A DNA stretch of 64,000 nucleotides from Octopus vulgaris. Its lineage: Eukaryota. Under the pieces are notes generated by a model that saw nothing but the letters and a program-made list of their open reading frames with translations, was not told the DNA's origin and made no database searches. The stretch lies in the NCBI GenBank assembly GCA_951406725.2, contig OX597818.1:93868001-93932000 (forward strand), read 5' to 3'. Position numbers and translations under genes: made by a program. Below, piece after piece: positions 25,414-37,914 of the stretch. Positions within the stretch are counted from its first letter, which is position 1. Every line of letters starts with the position of its first letter.

Positions 25414-26454
25414 ATGCCACTTACTCCGTTACCAATTCGTCAGCAGATTATTAAGCTTCGAAAGAAGGATAATTTAAGTATTAGGTCTATTGCAAAGATT
25501 GTTAACAAGTCAAAAAGTGTTGTTCACAGTATACTTAAGGTCTACGATGATTGTGGTTCGTGTGAAGCAAGAAGGTCTACAGGTAAGCCAAAAAAAACGA
25601 CCACGAGAGATCGTGCTATGGTAAAGTTGGTTAAAAAGGACAGATTTAAAACTGCTGCTGTTTTTCGGGAAACGAGCATTGTACTGAAGAAAACTTTATC
25701 TCAAAAAACTGTGTCTCGTCCTTTAGTTGAACATGACCTACAAGCAAGAGCACCTGCAGTGAAGCCACTGATTAGCTCCAAGAATAAAAAGTGTCGTCTT
25801 ACCTTTGCAACCGAACATGTGTTGTGGTCTCAAGAAAAATGGCAAACGGTGCATTTCAGTGATGAATTTAAGTCTATGTTATTTGGCTCAGATGGGAAAA
25901 GGTACGTTCGTCGAAAAGCAGGTGAAAAATTGTCACCTAAATGCCTTAAGACTAGTATTAAATTCAGTGGAGGAAGTGTCATGGTTTGGGGGATGATATC
26001 TGGAGATGTTGTGGGCCCTTTACTGCGATTACATGGAAAGGTAAATGCAGGAGTTTATAAACAACTTGTAAAAGATCATGTCTTGCCTGTGCTGAGAAAT
26101 TCAACTAAGCGACCACCCATATTCATGCAGGACAATGCCCCATATCACAAGGCTAAGGTGGTCATGAACTTCCTCAAGGCTGAAAAGGTTATTGTTATGG
26201 ATTGGCCTGCTCAAAGCCCAGACCTCAATCCTATTGAAAATGTGTGGAATATTCTAGGAGAACGTTTGAAAGCCAGAAATCCTAAAACAACCGAGCAATT
26301 ATGGAATGCCCTTCAGGAAGAATGGAATAAGATCATCCAGCAAGAAATTGAAAATTTAATTTCCCCATGCAGTCGAAAATGTCAAACTTTGATTGAAGCT
26401 AAAGGGCTTCACACTAAATATGAAATAATTCCAGCATTCTCTGTCACTTTTTGA
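25414..26454 (+). CDS. Tc1 transposase (DD34E), uninterrupted ORF
   Basis: HFSDEF, VMVWG, FMQDNAPYH and WPAQSPDLNPIENVW, with 34 residues between D and E. HTH-like N-terminus. Confidence 0.92.
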   Translation: MPLTPLPIRQQIIKLRKKDNLSIRSIAKIVNKSKSVVHSILKVYDDCGSCEARRSTGKPKKTTTRDRAMVKLVKKDRFKTAAVFRETSIVLKKTLSQKTVSRPLVEHDLQARAPAVKPLISSKNKKCRLTFATEHVLWSQEKWQTVHFSDEFKSMLFGSDGKRYVRRKAGEKLSPKCLKTSIKFSGGSVMVWGMISGDVVGPLLRLHGKVNAGVYKQLVKDHVLPVLRNSTKRPPIFMQDNAPYHKAKVVMNFLKAEKVIVMDWPAQSPDLNPIENVWNILGERLKARNPKTTEQLWNALQEEWNKIIQQEIENLISPCSRKCQTLIEAKGLHTKYEIIPAFSVTF

Positions 26455-26692
26455 TTATTTTGTTATTTTTTCAATCGTTCTGATCATTTTGGCCACCATG
26501 GGTTTTGCAGTAAATCCCTATATCATCCATAACTTTTGTATTATCCACTCAAATTACACCAAAATCTCAGATAATACTAATTAATATCGTATTTATTGAC
26601 TGTGAAAATTATAGAATATAAAATTACTTTAATAAAAACTTATACCTACTTTTCTGACAAAAACAATGCTGTTCTGAACATTTTAGCCGCAA

Positions 26693-26742
<50 letters not shown>

Positions 26743-27983
26743 GTGTGTGTTAATGTTTGTGTCTGTGTTTGACCCCCAACATCGCTTGACAACCGATGGT
26801 GGTGTGTTTACGTCCCCATAACTTAGCGGTTCAGCAAAAGAGACTGATAGAATGGGCTTCCAAAAAATAAGTCCTGTGGTTGATTTGCTCAACTAAAGAC
26901 GGTGCTCCAGCATGGCCACAGTCAAATGACTGAAACAAGTAAAAGAGTAAAAGAGTAAAAGAGATACCTTCAGCTTCAGTGTATTTGCAGATTCCTCAAC
27001 AAGAAAGCAGTGTACAGGCAGCACCATATAGCACACTAGTTTCTCCATCTCCCAATGAACTACCCACTAATTACAAACCACCCAAAGGATATTATGCGTA
27101 GTATATTTATGTGTAGTATTCTAAACATAATCTCAGTCAAGGTGTCCATATGTGAATGCTTATAAGTTAAATATAACAACAGCAGAAATTGTGACTAATT
27201 CAAATCATTGAATAAAACTTTTAGAGGAAAGACTTGCATACACATTAGTTAATTCAATGATTTGTTTTGACTTTTTGATGGATTCGTGTGAGACAGCTTT
27301 ACTGTTACTAGAACTGCTATGACTGTTATTGCTACTGCTGTAGCTAACACTGTTGTTATGATTGGTAATCAATGGCAAGCAATTTGTAACACAAGTAATA
27401 TAGAACAGGATGTAGTATTATCAAGGGAGTTAGTCTACTTAGTTTCCATATTTGCCAGCAGATAGCATCATGGTATCTTGGGCAAGAGTCTGCTGCTATA
27501 ACTTTAGGCTGCCCAAAGCCTTGTGAGCAGATTTTGTGGAGGGAAACTAAAAGAAGACTCTTGTATATATATTCATGCATGTGTTTGCATGTATGCGTGC
27601 TTATGCCCCCGCATGTTCTGATATCACATGATAGTTGTAAACAAACATCACCTTTATACCAGCAATGTTTGGAAACAAGGGAGGGTTGGTGACAGGAAGG
27701 CAATTCAACAGTAGGAAATTTGCCTCAATGAACTCTGATCAATGCAGGCATGTAAAAGTGGATGTTAAACTGATGATGAGAAAACACAAATTCTTCCAAT
27801 AAATTGTAAGCGTTATAAAATGGACAAATTTTTTTACCACTAAAATTATTTATTATTACTTAATCTCATTTGAAAATTTAACTAAAATATCACATTGGTA
27901 ATGCTTTTTAAAAAAAATTTTAAGCAAAAACACAATGATGAAGGAAAATAAGAAATGTTTATTAACTAGTTATGGTTCTACAA

Positions 27984-28285
27984 GTGGAGGCACATGGTCT
28001 AGTGGTTAGAGCAGCAGACTCGCAGTCGAGGGATCGCGGGTTCAAATCTCAGATCAGCCGATGTGTATGTTTATGAGTGAAATACCTAAGCTCCACGTGG
28101 CTCTGGCAGAAGGTAATGGTGAACTTCTGCTGACTCTTTCGCCACAACTTTCTCTCACTCTTTCCTCCTGCATCTTGCAGCTCACCTGTGATGGACCGGT
28201 GTCCTGTCCAGGTGGGGAACCTATATGCCAAGGAAACTGTGAAACTGGCCCTTATGAGCCAGGCATGGCTCGAGAAGGAACAAAC
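27984..28285 (+). mobile_element. tRNA-derived SINE
   Basis: tggtctagtggttagagcagc...ggttcaaatctc head with the family body. Further SINEs lie at about 28969-29235 and 37920-38158. Confidence 0.8.
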
Positions 28286-29559
28286 ATGTTTCTACAAACA
28301 TTCGTAAACACATTACAACATGTAATACTTTTCCTGTGCATTAAACCAAAAGAATATAGCTTTTGTTCGTTACTGATTGAATAGTTTATAATCAAGTATT
28401 AGAGTTCACCACAGCTTTTATATACACCTTGCAACTTTCAAAGCCAAGATTTTTATTTAAAACTTTAACTGCCTTTTGAATATTATGTAGAAGGTATATA
28501 GATATCACTATTACATCATATGCCTAAGGAAGTAAGCTGGTAGAATTGTTAGCACGATGGGACACAATGCTTAGTGATATTTCTTCCAGCTTTATGTTCT
28601 GTCTGAGATCAAGTTCTGCCAAGGTCAACTTTGCCTTTCATCCTTTGCAGGTTGATAAAATAAGTACCTGTTGAACACTGGGACTGATGTAATTGTCTAG
28701 CCCTCTCTCCCAATATTTTAGGCTTTGTGCCTGTAGGAGAAAGGATTATTACATGTGTCAAGGTTACTTGATAATAGTTAGATGATGCAAAAAATAAAAT
28801 AATGGGTACTAACAAGTAATAGTAGTAGTAGTAGAAGAGGCTCAGATGAATGCTAATCACTATAATTTATAATCAACAACATGTTCTACTAATGCAATAT
28901 CAGAACCATTACAGCATGATCAAGAAAATTCTAATGATTCTCTTTATCTGGATGCTATTGTAGAGTATGTGGAGGCATGTGGCTTAGTGGTTAGGGTGTC
29001 AGCATCATGATCGTAAGATTGTGGTTTCGATCCCTGGACCAGGCGATGTGCTGTGTTCTTGAGCAAAACACTTCATTTCACGTTGCTCCAGTCCACTCAG
29101 CAGGCAAAAATGAGTAACGCTGCGATGGACTGGCGTCCCGTTTCAGCTGGGGAACACATACGCCATAGAAACTGGGAAACCAGGCCCATGAGCCTGGCTA
29201 GGCTTTAAAAGGGTGCATTTATATTTTATTTTATTGTAGATCATAAAAATTATCCTCTTTTGTTTGTCATGATAATGTTCATAAATTGCCATGGCTAGGA
29301 ATCTATCATTTATGTAGAGAAAAAAAGAAAGGAGTCACTACTCAAAGGTATACTGATCTAATAATAATTTCTGTTTTAGGCAGGAGGCCAGCAGTTTTGA
29401 GGTGTGGCAGTTAACCATTGACCCCAATACTTAACTGGTACTTTATTGACTCTGAAAAGATGAAAGGCAAAGTTGACCTTGACAAAATTTGAATTCAGAG
29501 CATAAAGGGTAGGAAGCAGTACTGCAGATCATTTTTTTTCATCAAAGCTCAAATGATTC

Positions 29560-29790
29560 TTATTTCTTTATTGCCCACAAGGGGCTAAACATAGAGGGGA
29601 CAAACAAGGACAGACAAAGGGATTAACTCGATTACATTGACCCAAGTGCGTAACTGGTACTTATTTAATCGACCCCAAAATGATGAAAGGCAAAGTCGAC
29701 ATCAGTGGAATTTGAACACAGAACGTAATGGCAAACGAAATACCGCTAAGCATTTTGCCCAGTGTGCTAACATTTCTGCCAGCTTGCCAC
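29560..29790 (-). mobile_element. tRNA-SINE with Nin/Deu-like central domain
   Basis: Minus strand carries the gactttgcctttcatc...ggggtcgattaaataagtacc motif. Other copies at about 1852-1965, 28530-28750, 29840-30070, 30826-31030, 37186-37330 and 62280-62540. Confidence 0.7.
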
Positions 29791-31331
29791 CTCAAAGCTC
29801 AAATGATTCTACCAGCTTGCAACCTTGTATGCTGATATAATAACTTTTCTACTAAAAGCACAAGGCCTGAAATATTGTGTGTGTGTGTGTGTGAGTGGGG
29901 GTGGTTAGTTAATTATGTTAATTCCAGTGCTCGACGGGTACTTATTCTGTTAAACCTGAAAGGATAAGACAGTAAAGTCGACTGCATTGGAATTTGAACT
30001 CAAACATAAAGGCAGGATAAATACCATTAAGCATTCTGTCCTGAGTGTTAATGATTCTGCCAGCCTGTCATCTTATGTTGATTTTCAGTACCATTTTAAA
30101 GACAACTGCAGCTGTTTCAGACAACTCAAAATTCAATAATATAAGTATTGAGATTTTAATTGATTTTGTAAGTTTAGAAATTTTTATTCACACCACTTTG
30201 CGATTAACAGGACATTGCCTATTAATTTTCATTTCTCTAATAATTATTATTTCTTTGATGCACAAGAAAGTCATGGGGGTTTTATTATTTGTGATGTTTC
30301 TCTTAATGACAACATTTACAATATAAAATTTCCAACAATAGATGGACTTTGAGTACCTTTATTATAGGAAAAAAGTTGTATATCTCTTCACAATGTCAAG
30401 ATTAAATTTAGTAATACATAACCTACATTCTTGATTTGTAGCCTAACTTATATGCCTATTGTCTATAAGTTTTTAAGAACTTCAATGAAAAATATAAATC
30501 TATTACTATTCATTCTAAGTAGATTTTTCTTCTGGAAATGATTAACAATTTTTTTGTGTGCATATGTGGTGATGGTGATAGTGGTAGTTGTGTTGAGGCT
30601 GCTGTAGGAAGCCAACCATTAATTGAAAGATGGAATAATAGAGGTACATGATTCTCTATGGCATGCCTAGATTGTTGCTGTGAAATATTCTAATAGACTA
30701 ATAATAGTACGAGGTTATTCCTGAAATGTTAATTACATTTTCAACTTTGGTAAATAACACTTTAAAATACATTTTCCTAGTAAGCTGAATTTAAAAATAA
30801 GCTTATCATCAAGTACCAACATAAAGTGGCAAGCTACCAGAATCATTACTGTACTTGACAAAATTCTTATCAGTATCTCTTCCAGCTCTTTATGTTCTGA
30901 ATTCAAATACTGCTTTTCATTGTTTCAGGGTTGATAAAATAAGTACCTGTTGAACACTGGAGTCAATGTAGTCAACTTCTCCCTCCCTTCAAAATTGCTG
31001 GTTTTGTACTAAGATTAGGAAGAATTATCAAGTCCTTTGCATGTTGGTGACTGATCTCATATCAGGTTTGAAAGTATGGGAAATGTGTGTCAGTCATGTG
31101 AAATGCTTTTTGGGATGGAAAATACTGTTGCTGCTTTTCAAAGAATAATTGACGCTATAATTATTGTTAGTCGGTTGCAACATTTGCTAATCCTGATGAT
31201 GCTATTGTATGTGGAGTAAGCATGGAGGTATATCACTAAAATTTAGACTAATGTTACTTATGATTATCAGGAAATATCAAAATGACAGGGGAGGGCGTGC
31301 ACACACACAATATATACATACATACATACAT

Positions 31332-31373
<42 letters not shown>

Positions 31374-31430
31374 TAGTAATGCAATACTAGAGTATTGCTT
31401 TCCAGTAAAGAATAGCCCGTGAGGGAAAAT

Positions 31431-31592
31431 TATACAAAGAAGTAAATATATGGCACAACGAAGTACCGATATTTACTGGAAATAGCGAACGTAATAATAC
31501 GCGGTGAAGCTATACATTAGCGTCGTATTATTACGTTCGCTATTTCCAGTAAATATCGGTACCTCGTTGTGCCATATATTTACTTTTGTATA
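31431..31592. repeat. Inverted repeat with about 70-bp arms and about 22-nt loop
   Basis: agtaaatatatggcacaacga...taataatacg versus cgtattatta...gtgccatatatttact. Confidence 0.95.
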
Positions 31593-31610
31593 TATATATA
31601 TATATATATA

Positions 31611-31870
31611 TATATGTAAATAATTAAGAAACAAAACCTCTATTAAGTAATTCAATTAATAGTGAAAGATATTATCTAGAATAAATCATATAGAAAAGTT
31701 TTAAATATATTATAATAAATCTTATTCTAAAAATCACTATTTAATTTAGTGATTTTTAGAATAATATTTATTATAATATATTTAAAACCTTTCTATATGA
31801 TTTATTATAGATAATATCTTTCACTATCAAATGAATTACTTAATAGACGTTTTGTCTCTTATTTACATAT
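31611..31870. repeat. AT-rich palindrome with about 125-bp arms
   Basis: Centre near 31742 (aaaatcacta...tagtgatttt). The arms match with scattered mismatches. Confidence 0.92.
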
Positions 31871-31944
31871 ATATTGTGAAATTTGATTTAGTATTGCTAA
31901 ATTGAATTTTACCCTGTAAGTTTGGAATTTTATATTCCCTACTA

Positions 31945-31988
<44 letters not shown>

Positions 31989-32989
31989 TCTTCTTTACTC
32001 TTGTTTCAGTCATTTGACTGCGGCCATGCTGGAGCACCACTTTTAGTTGAGCAAATCGACCCCAGGACTTATTCTTTGGAAGTCTAGTACTTATTCTATT
32101 GGTCTCTTTTGCCAAACCGCTAAGTTACGGGGACGTAAACACACCAGCATTGGTTGTCAAGTGATGTTGGGAGACAAACACAGACACACAAACACACACA
32201 TATATATATACATATATACAACGGGCTTCTTTCAGTTTCTGTCTACCAAATCTACTCACAAGGGTTTGGTCAGCCCGAGGCTATAGTAGAAGACACTTGC
32301 CCATGGTGCCACACAGTGGGACTGAACCCGGAACCAAACAAGCTACTTACAACACAGCCACTCCTGCGCCTATATATATATATATAATATAAGGTGCATG
32401 ACCTAGTGGTTAGGCTGTTGGACTCACATATCGTGTGTTTAATTCTCAGACTGGATGGTGCATTGTGCTCAAGAGCAAAACACTTTATTTCATGCTGCTG
32501 CAAATCCCCCTTTCAATGAAGGGAGAATGTTTATCTGCTTGACTAATCAGTGGGGTAGTATTGTTTGAAGGTTAAATTGATGCAAAGTGTATTGTGACTA
32601 ATGATGTGTAACAACATCTAATAGTTTGGTCAGTCACATGACATATATATATATATATATATGATGATTGCTTCAATTTGATGGATGATAGCCATGCCAT
32701 CAACAGACACACACTCAACATGCCATCACACAGTACACTCACTCCATTGACGAGCCCTTAGATGACTTTTAAGACCAGTTGCTGACTGACAGGGTTTAAA
32801 ACACAAGTAACAGATATTCAAGTTTCTTCTATCTCTTTGCCCTTTGGAATCTGTTTCTGAAGGAATATTTTTGCGAACTAGCATATATCTTTAAGTCCAG
32901 ATACTGTCTTACATGTTCTGTGACATATGACACAAATCATAAGAGGCAGTTTCTGTTCAAGATTATTACCTACCTGGGTATTTCAATTT

Positions 32990-33492
32990 TCATGTGACTT
33001 CATATGATTCGCATATCCTGCTTTTGACAACAGAACACAATCACACATAATACATATCCAATGTTCACTGTTGATTTCAGTTCCAATTGTTCCTTTGCGA
33101 CAGGCCCTATTAAGCTGAGAGTGCTGAATCCTCTTTTCCTCCCAGGCATTGCAACCAGTCCTAACAGCACCTCTCCACTAGTTCCGATCTAGAACATCAA
33201 TTTCCCAATCATTTTCGTTAATATCTAGTTTCTTCAGGTTTTCCTTCACACAGTCTTTATACTTTTTTCTTGGCTTATGTTGTGGTCACTTACCAGAGTT
33301 GAGCTCACCATAAAAAAGACACTTTGGCAAGCGCTCATCTTTCATTCTAATAACATGTCCAGCCCATCTCATTTCAACCAAGATAACATATTGCTCAATT
33401 GAGCTACAACGTACCAAATGCAAAACTTCTGTATCTGGTACGAAACATTCCCACTTGACTCCCAAGATACGTCTGAGGCACTTTTGATGAAA
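32990..33492 (-). mobile_element. RTE-clade LINE 3' ORF fragment
   Basis: FHQKCLRRILGVKW, RWAGHVIRM, LPKCLFYGEL and a C-terminal CxxC...H motif. Confidence 0.88.
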
Positions 33493-33686
33493 CACACACA
33501 CACACACATGTATGTGTGGAATTCCCCGTTCGTCGATTAGAGTTGGAAAAAGTTCTTGCAGACTGGAAACAACCTAAGGCCAGAGAATTCCTGTTTGTGC
33601 TTCAAGTCCATAAAATTTGTTAACCGGATCGGTCTAAGGGAGAAAACTCGTCCTGTTTAAATCTTAAACTGAATATTATTCTTAAA

Positions 33687-34450
33687 TTAGCAGATACCCG
33701 GCGTTGCTCGGAATTAAAATGGCAAAGTTTTTTTTTATTTTTACTTGTTTCAGTCATTTGATTGTGGCCATGCTGGAGCACCACCTTTAGTCGAACAGAT
33801 AGAAAGAAAGAAAGAGGGAGAGAGGGAGGGAGGGAGAAAGAAAGAGAAAAAGAGGGAGGGAGACAGAAGGAAAGAAACAAAGAAGGAGGGATGGAGAAAG
33901 AAAGAAAAAAAGATGGAAAGAAGGAAGGAGAGAAAAATGGAAGTAAAGAAAGAAAGAAAGAAAGAAAGAGTGAGAAGGAAAAAGGAAGGGAGAAAGAAAG
34001 CAAGAGGGAAGAAATAATGAAAAAGAAGAGGGAGAAAGAAAGAGAGTGGGAAGGAGAAAGAAAAAAGAGGGATGGAGAAAAAAGAAAGAGAGAGAAAGAA
34101 AGAAAGAATAAAGAACGAAAGAAAAAAAGAGGGAGAAAAAGGGAAGGAAAGAAGACATAGACCGAAAGAGAGGAACTATTACAGAGGGTGAGAGAGAATA
34201 TATGTAAGCAAAAGAAACAGAGAATATGAAAAGGGAGAGAAGTGGTTGAAAACTTCACCTTTTTTTCCCGATTTCTCACTTTGCGCAGGAGCTCTGGGCA
34301 AAAATTTATAGTGCATGACCATCCTTGGTACATAAGTAATGTGTGTGTAAAGTTTGGTGAAAATCGGTTGAAAACTGCAGAAATGCATTTGTATTACACA
34401 CATAGACACACGCACAGACATCTTTTGTTTTATATATATATAGATATAGA
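33687..34450 (-). mobile_element. Non-autonomous Helitron carrying a SINE tail and a purine-rich tract
   Basis: Minus strand: A|TCTATATCTATATATATATAAAAC start, ccgagcaacgccggg motif, CTAA|T end. Confidence 0.78.
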
Positions 34451-34606
34451 TAACAAATTAACTGACTGTAATGGTATTCTATCTCCAGATTGAAGAGAGG
34501 TTATATGCTCTCCGCCATTACAGGTCATGTATAAAGGTAAGAGCTTTATGGATGTGAAACCATTGGCCACTCTATGATTGGACATATATTCAACTGCATG
34601 TAAATA

Positions 34607-35867
34607 CAGGATGGTCCTAAAGTCTTGTCATTCACTACCGAAAAGTAATAAGAATTATAGAGAAACAATATAATAATATCAAACACATGTACTGGTTTTA
34701 GTACTTTCATTGAAACTGACACTGTCACACATTGAGAAAATCTCTATGAACACCATCGTTTTTGTGGCACAGAATGATGCAGTGCCATGTCCTGTGTAAT
34801 ATTTAATGAAGCTATGCTTTGGTGATTGTTGCAAAGGCTAACAAAACAGCGTCCTTCAACTGTTGGGTATTCTGGTATCACTCTTGTGAAACTCTTTCCA
34901 TGATAATACCCCACAGAGAGTTGTCACAAGATGTGGGGTCTGGACTTCTGAGAGGTCAATTGAGAGGTGCTGGAAGTTGTTGCGATCCTCGCCCCATCTA
35001 TCTATCCCCCAAAACTTCATTCAGGTATTCCCTGACATTGATGGTATAGTGGGGTGGAGCACCATCTTGTTCAAACCGACAATCATTCAAATCCACATTC
35101 AATCTCTGGAGCTGTGGAATAAACCACTCCCTTAACATGGTATGGTAAGAGTGCTGGTTAACAGAGCCCTCAGAAAAATAGGGTCCTATCAAGTGCTTAC
35201 TCGATATAGCAGCCCAAATCATCACATGTCGTGGGTTGTGCTCCAGTTCTTCGTAATAGTGCAGATTTTCTTTGCTCCAGAAATAAGTACTCCTAGCCCA
35301 GGTGCTATGGTAAATTGCCCATTCGTTGGAGAAAAACACCTCTCCACATTGTGGGATTATTGGAAACACATCAAGAAACCATCCACATGCCACACATCTC
35401 TTGTCCCTGTCGTTATTACTTAGTTCATTAATGAATGTTGGCTTAAATGATTTCAAATGAAGATCCTTTGTTATGTGTGTTAACATTGTGGTTTTTGGAA
35501 TTTGTACCTCAGAAGAACGTTTTTGCAGTGACATTGAGGGTGATTGTAGCACAGATGTCTCCACCTCTGCACATGTGTCCCTTCATGTTGAGGGTTGTTC
35601 TATCCTCAGTTTGTGTTGTTAATTAGTCCTGTCAGAAACATTTTGTGTTCCCAATGCAATATCATCTTCTTTGGAGGGGCTAGTCTGCTGAATCTTGCAG
35701 TAAAGTCATGTTGCCCATCTCCATACTCTTGCCAGAATTCACTCGATCATGTGCCCATACACTTGCAATCAACCTCTCTTCCAAACTGTAGGAGCTTTTG
35801 TCAGCCATCTGAAATAGAAAATTAAAATAATATTTACAGGGGGTGACAAGAGTTTCGGACCACCATG
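34607..35867 (-). mobile_element. Degenerate rosa/Visitor-like Tc1-mariner element with TIRs and TA targets
   Basis: TIRs cagg-atggtcctaaagtcttgtca and catg-gtggtccgaaactcttgtca. Motifs VMIWAAIS, IGPYF, QDGAPPH and RSPDPTSCD..LWG. Confidence 0.85.
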
Positions 35868-36350
35868 TACATTACTACTCAATAACTTAGAGTGTGCTTC
35901 TTTTTTCGCATATACGATTCATTGACAACATAGTAGTTCAGGGTTCAGTCTTACTATGAAGGATCTTGGGCAAGTGTCTTCCATAATAGATCTGTGAATG
36001 TATTTAGTAGACACCAAAAAAAAAAAAAAAAGCCTGTTGTATATATATGAATGTCGATTGTCAATTATAACAATGAGGGTTCCAGTTGATTCAATTAACA
36101 GACCAGTCTGCTCTTGAAATTAACAAGCAAGTGGCTGAGCAATTCCCAGGAAGAATCAGCATGACACAGAATGTGACAAAGCTGGTCCTTTGAAATACAG
36201 GTACTACTCATTTTTGCTAGCTGATTGGACTGGGTGAACTGGAGCAATGTGAAATAAGGTGTCTTCCTCAAGGACACAACACAATTATCAGAAATCGAAC
36301 TTACAGCCTTATAATCATGAGCTAAATACTAAAACAACTAAGCCACATAA

Positions 36351-36391
<41 letters not shown>

Positions 36392-37348
36392 TTATAATTA
36401 AGATTTGAAATTTAAAATTTAGCATCCAAACTGCATTTTGGGTATATCCCTAGTAGTATGTTGGCAGAACACATTCACCTCTTATGGCTACCTGGCAGCA
36501 TCCATGATAAATGCACATTCATTGCTGTATCTACATTAGGAATTCCTCAGTGCACATTGAATATATTTTAAGTTTATACCTGTAATTATTGGGGCCCTGT
36601 GATATGTAACACACTGCCTAAATACCAATCTTGAGAAATTAGGCTTCTCAAAACCATGAAGGAGAAAGCTGATTCAAAGACTGCAGATCCAATCCATCAC
36701 TGGAAACGTAAAAATTTGTAAAACTTTTTAGAAGTTTATCATTTAAGTATATACCAGAATGTCTAGATATGCAACTTTATGCAGGAAAATGCATGCATAA
36801 AACAAAATATGCAAATCTGCATGTATACCTATGTACATACAAGAATACCCTGTTGATGTTGTTGAAATTCCAATGAAGGAGCCTTGGATCTAAGTTAGAA
36901 ACTAGCTCTTTCTCTATTTGCAAGAAATCTTGAAATAAAACTGAACAATGACATACATACATCTAAAGACATACATATATGTATACATGCAAATAAGCAA
37001 GCCTATATGTGACCATTAGGTCTGCTAGAAATATCAGCCAAATTTGCATCATTTGGGAAGGCCAGCATCATGAAATTTAAACCTTTAGTTACCATATTTC
37101 TATTAAAATATCTTGCCTTAATTTAAATTAATTATGAAAATAACTAACAATTTAGTAAAATTATTGTCATAAAACTGGTGTATAGCAGTAAGCTGGCAGA
37201 ATTGTTAGCATATCAGACAATATGCTTTGTGGTATTTTTTCCTGCTCTTTATGTTCATAGTTCAAATACTGCTACGGTTGACTTTGCCTTTTCTCCTCTT
37301 GGGGTTGATAAAATAAGAACCAGTTGGGCACATTTTGTTTTTTAGTTA

Positions 37349-37914
37349 TTGGGTTGTCCGGAAAGTTTGTGCCAAATTTTAAAGGAAAGAAAAAGGTCAA
37401 TAAATACTTGCCATTACATTTTTAATCAACTAAATATGAACCATGTTGTTGCACAATGCATCTCCATCTTTCCTTTAACTTGAAAATACCTTCTTTCCAG
37501 AATATAGGTGGTTTCATGGCAAACAATTCATCAAAGTATCTTTTTACATCATCCAAGGAATTGAAATTTTTAGCATTAAGATTATTCTGCAGAGACCTGA
37601 ATAAGTGGAAATCCAAAGGAGCAATATCTGGTGAATATGGAGGGCTGGGTAACACATCTCAGCCAAGCTGCAGCAATTTTTGTCTGGTTCCCAAAGCATC
37701 AAGTGCCGAAAATGAACTTTCTTATCTTCCATTTTAAAGGGTTATGGAATTAATACAGGTTATAGGAACATAAACCTTCTTCCACGAAATGATAGCTTAA
37801 ACTGTACTCTAAATGGAAGTGTAATCAAATCCTATTTTATGGATTCAACCATGTTCTAAAATAAGTCAAAAGGTAAGCTACTATAAATCAGCACAAACTT
37901 TCCGGACAACCCAA
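37349..37914 (-). mobile_element. Internally deleted mariner of the 7886-9048 family, both TIRs and TA TSD present
   Basis: ta|ttgggttgtccggaaagtt ... aactttccggacaacccaa|ta. The deletion joins the N-terminus (MEDKKVHFRHLML) to the C-terminal part. Confidence 0.95.

Larger units (their letters stand above)
24695..26695 (+). mobile_element. Tc1-like transposon with long IR/DR-type TIRs and TA target
   Basis: Ends are ta|cagttgcg and cgcaactg|ta. TIRs are about 220 bp with inner and outer ccaaaatg(t/a)tcagaac repeats. The left TIR is interrupted by a Helitron. Confidence 0.95.
24512..26963 (+). mobile_element. tRNA-SINE with central microsatellite, split by a Tc1
   Basis: Head at 24512-24694 and 3' half at 26696-26963 ending in (gtaaaaga)n. 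Family copies at about 16245-16512, 18946-19330, 20985-21310 and 31988-32370. Confidence 0.88.
24371..27098 (+). pseudogene. Dead duplicate of LITAF coding exon 1 with upstream intron, split by nested insertions
   Basis: 24371-24511 matches 22120-22259, with the acceptor tag changed to taa. 26964-27098 matches 22261-22395 with substitutions and no donor. The two halves are separated by a SINE, a Tc1 and a Helitron. Confidence 0.9.

Noticed and set aside
33620-34333. 237-aa Phe/Ser/Leu-rich ORF and opposite-strand Lys/Glu/Arg ORFs
   Set aside because: They come from a low-complexity purine tract inside a Helitron.
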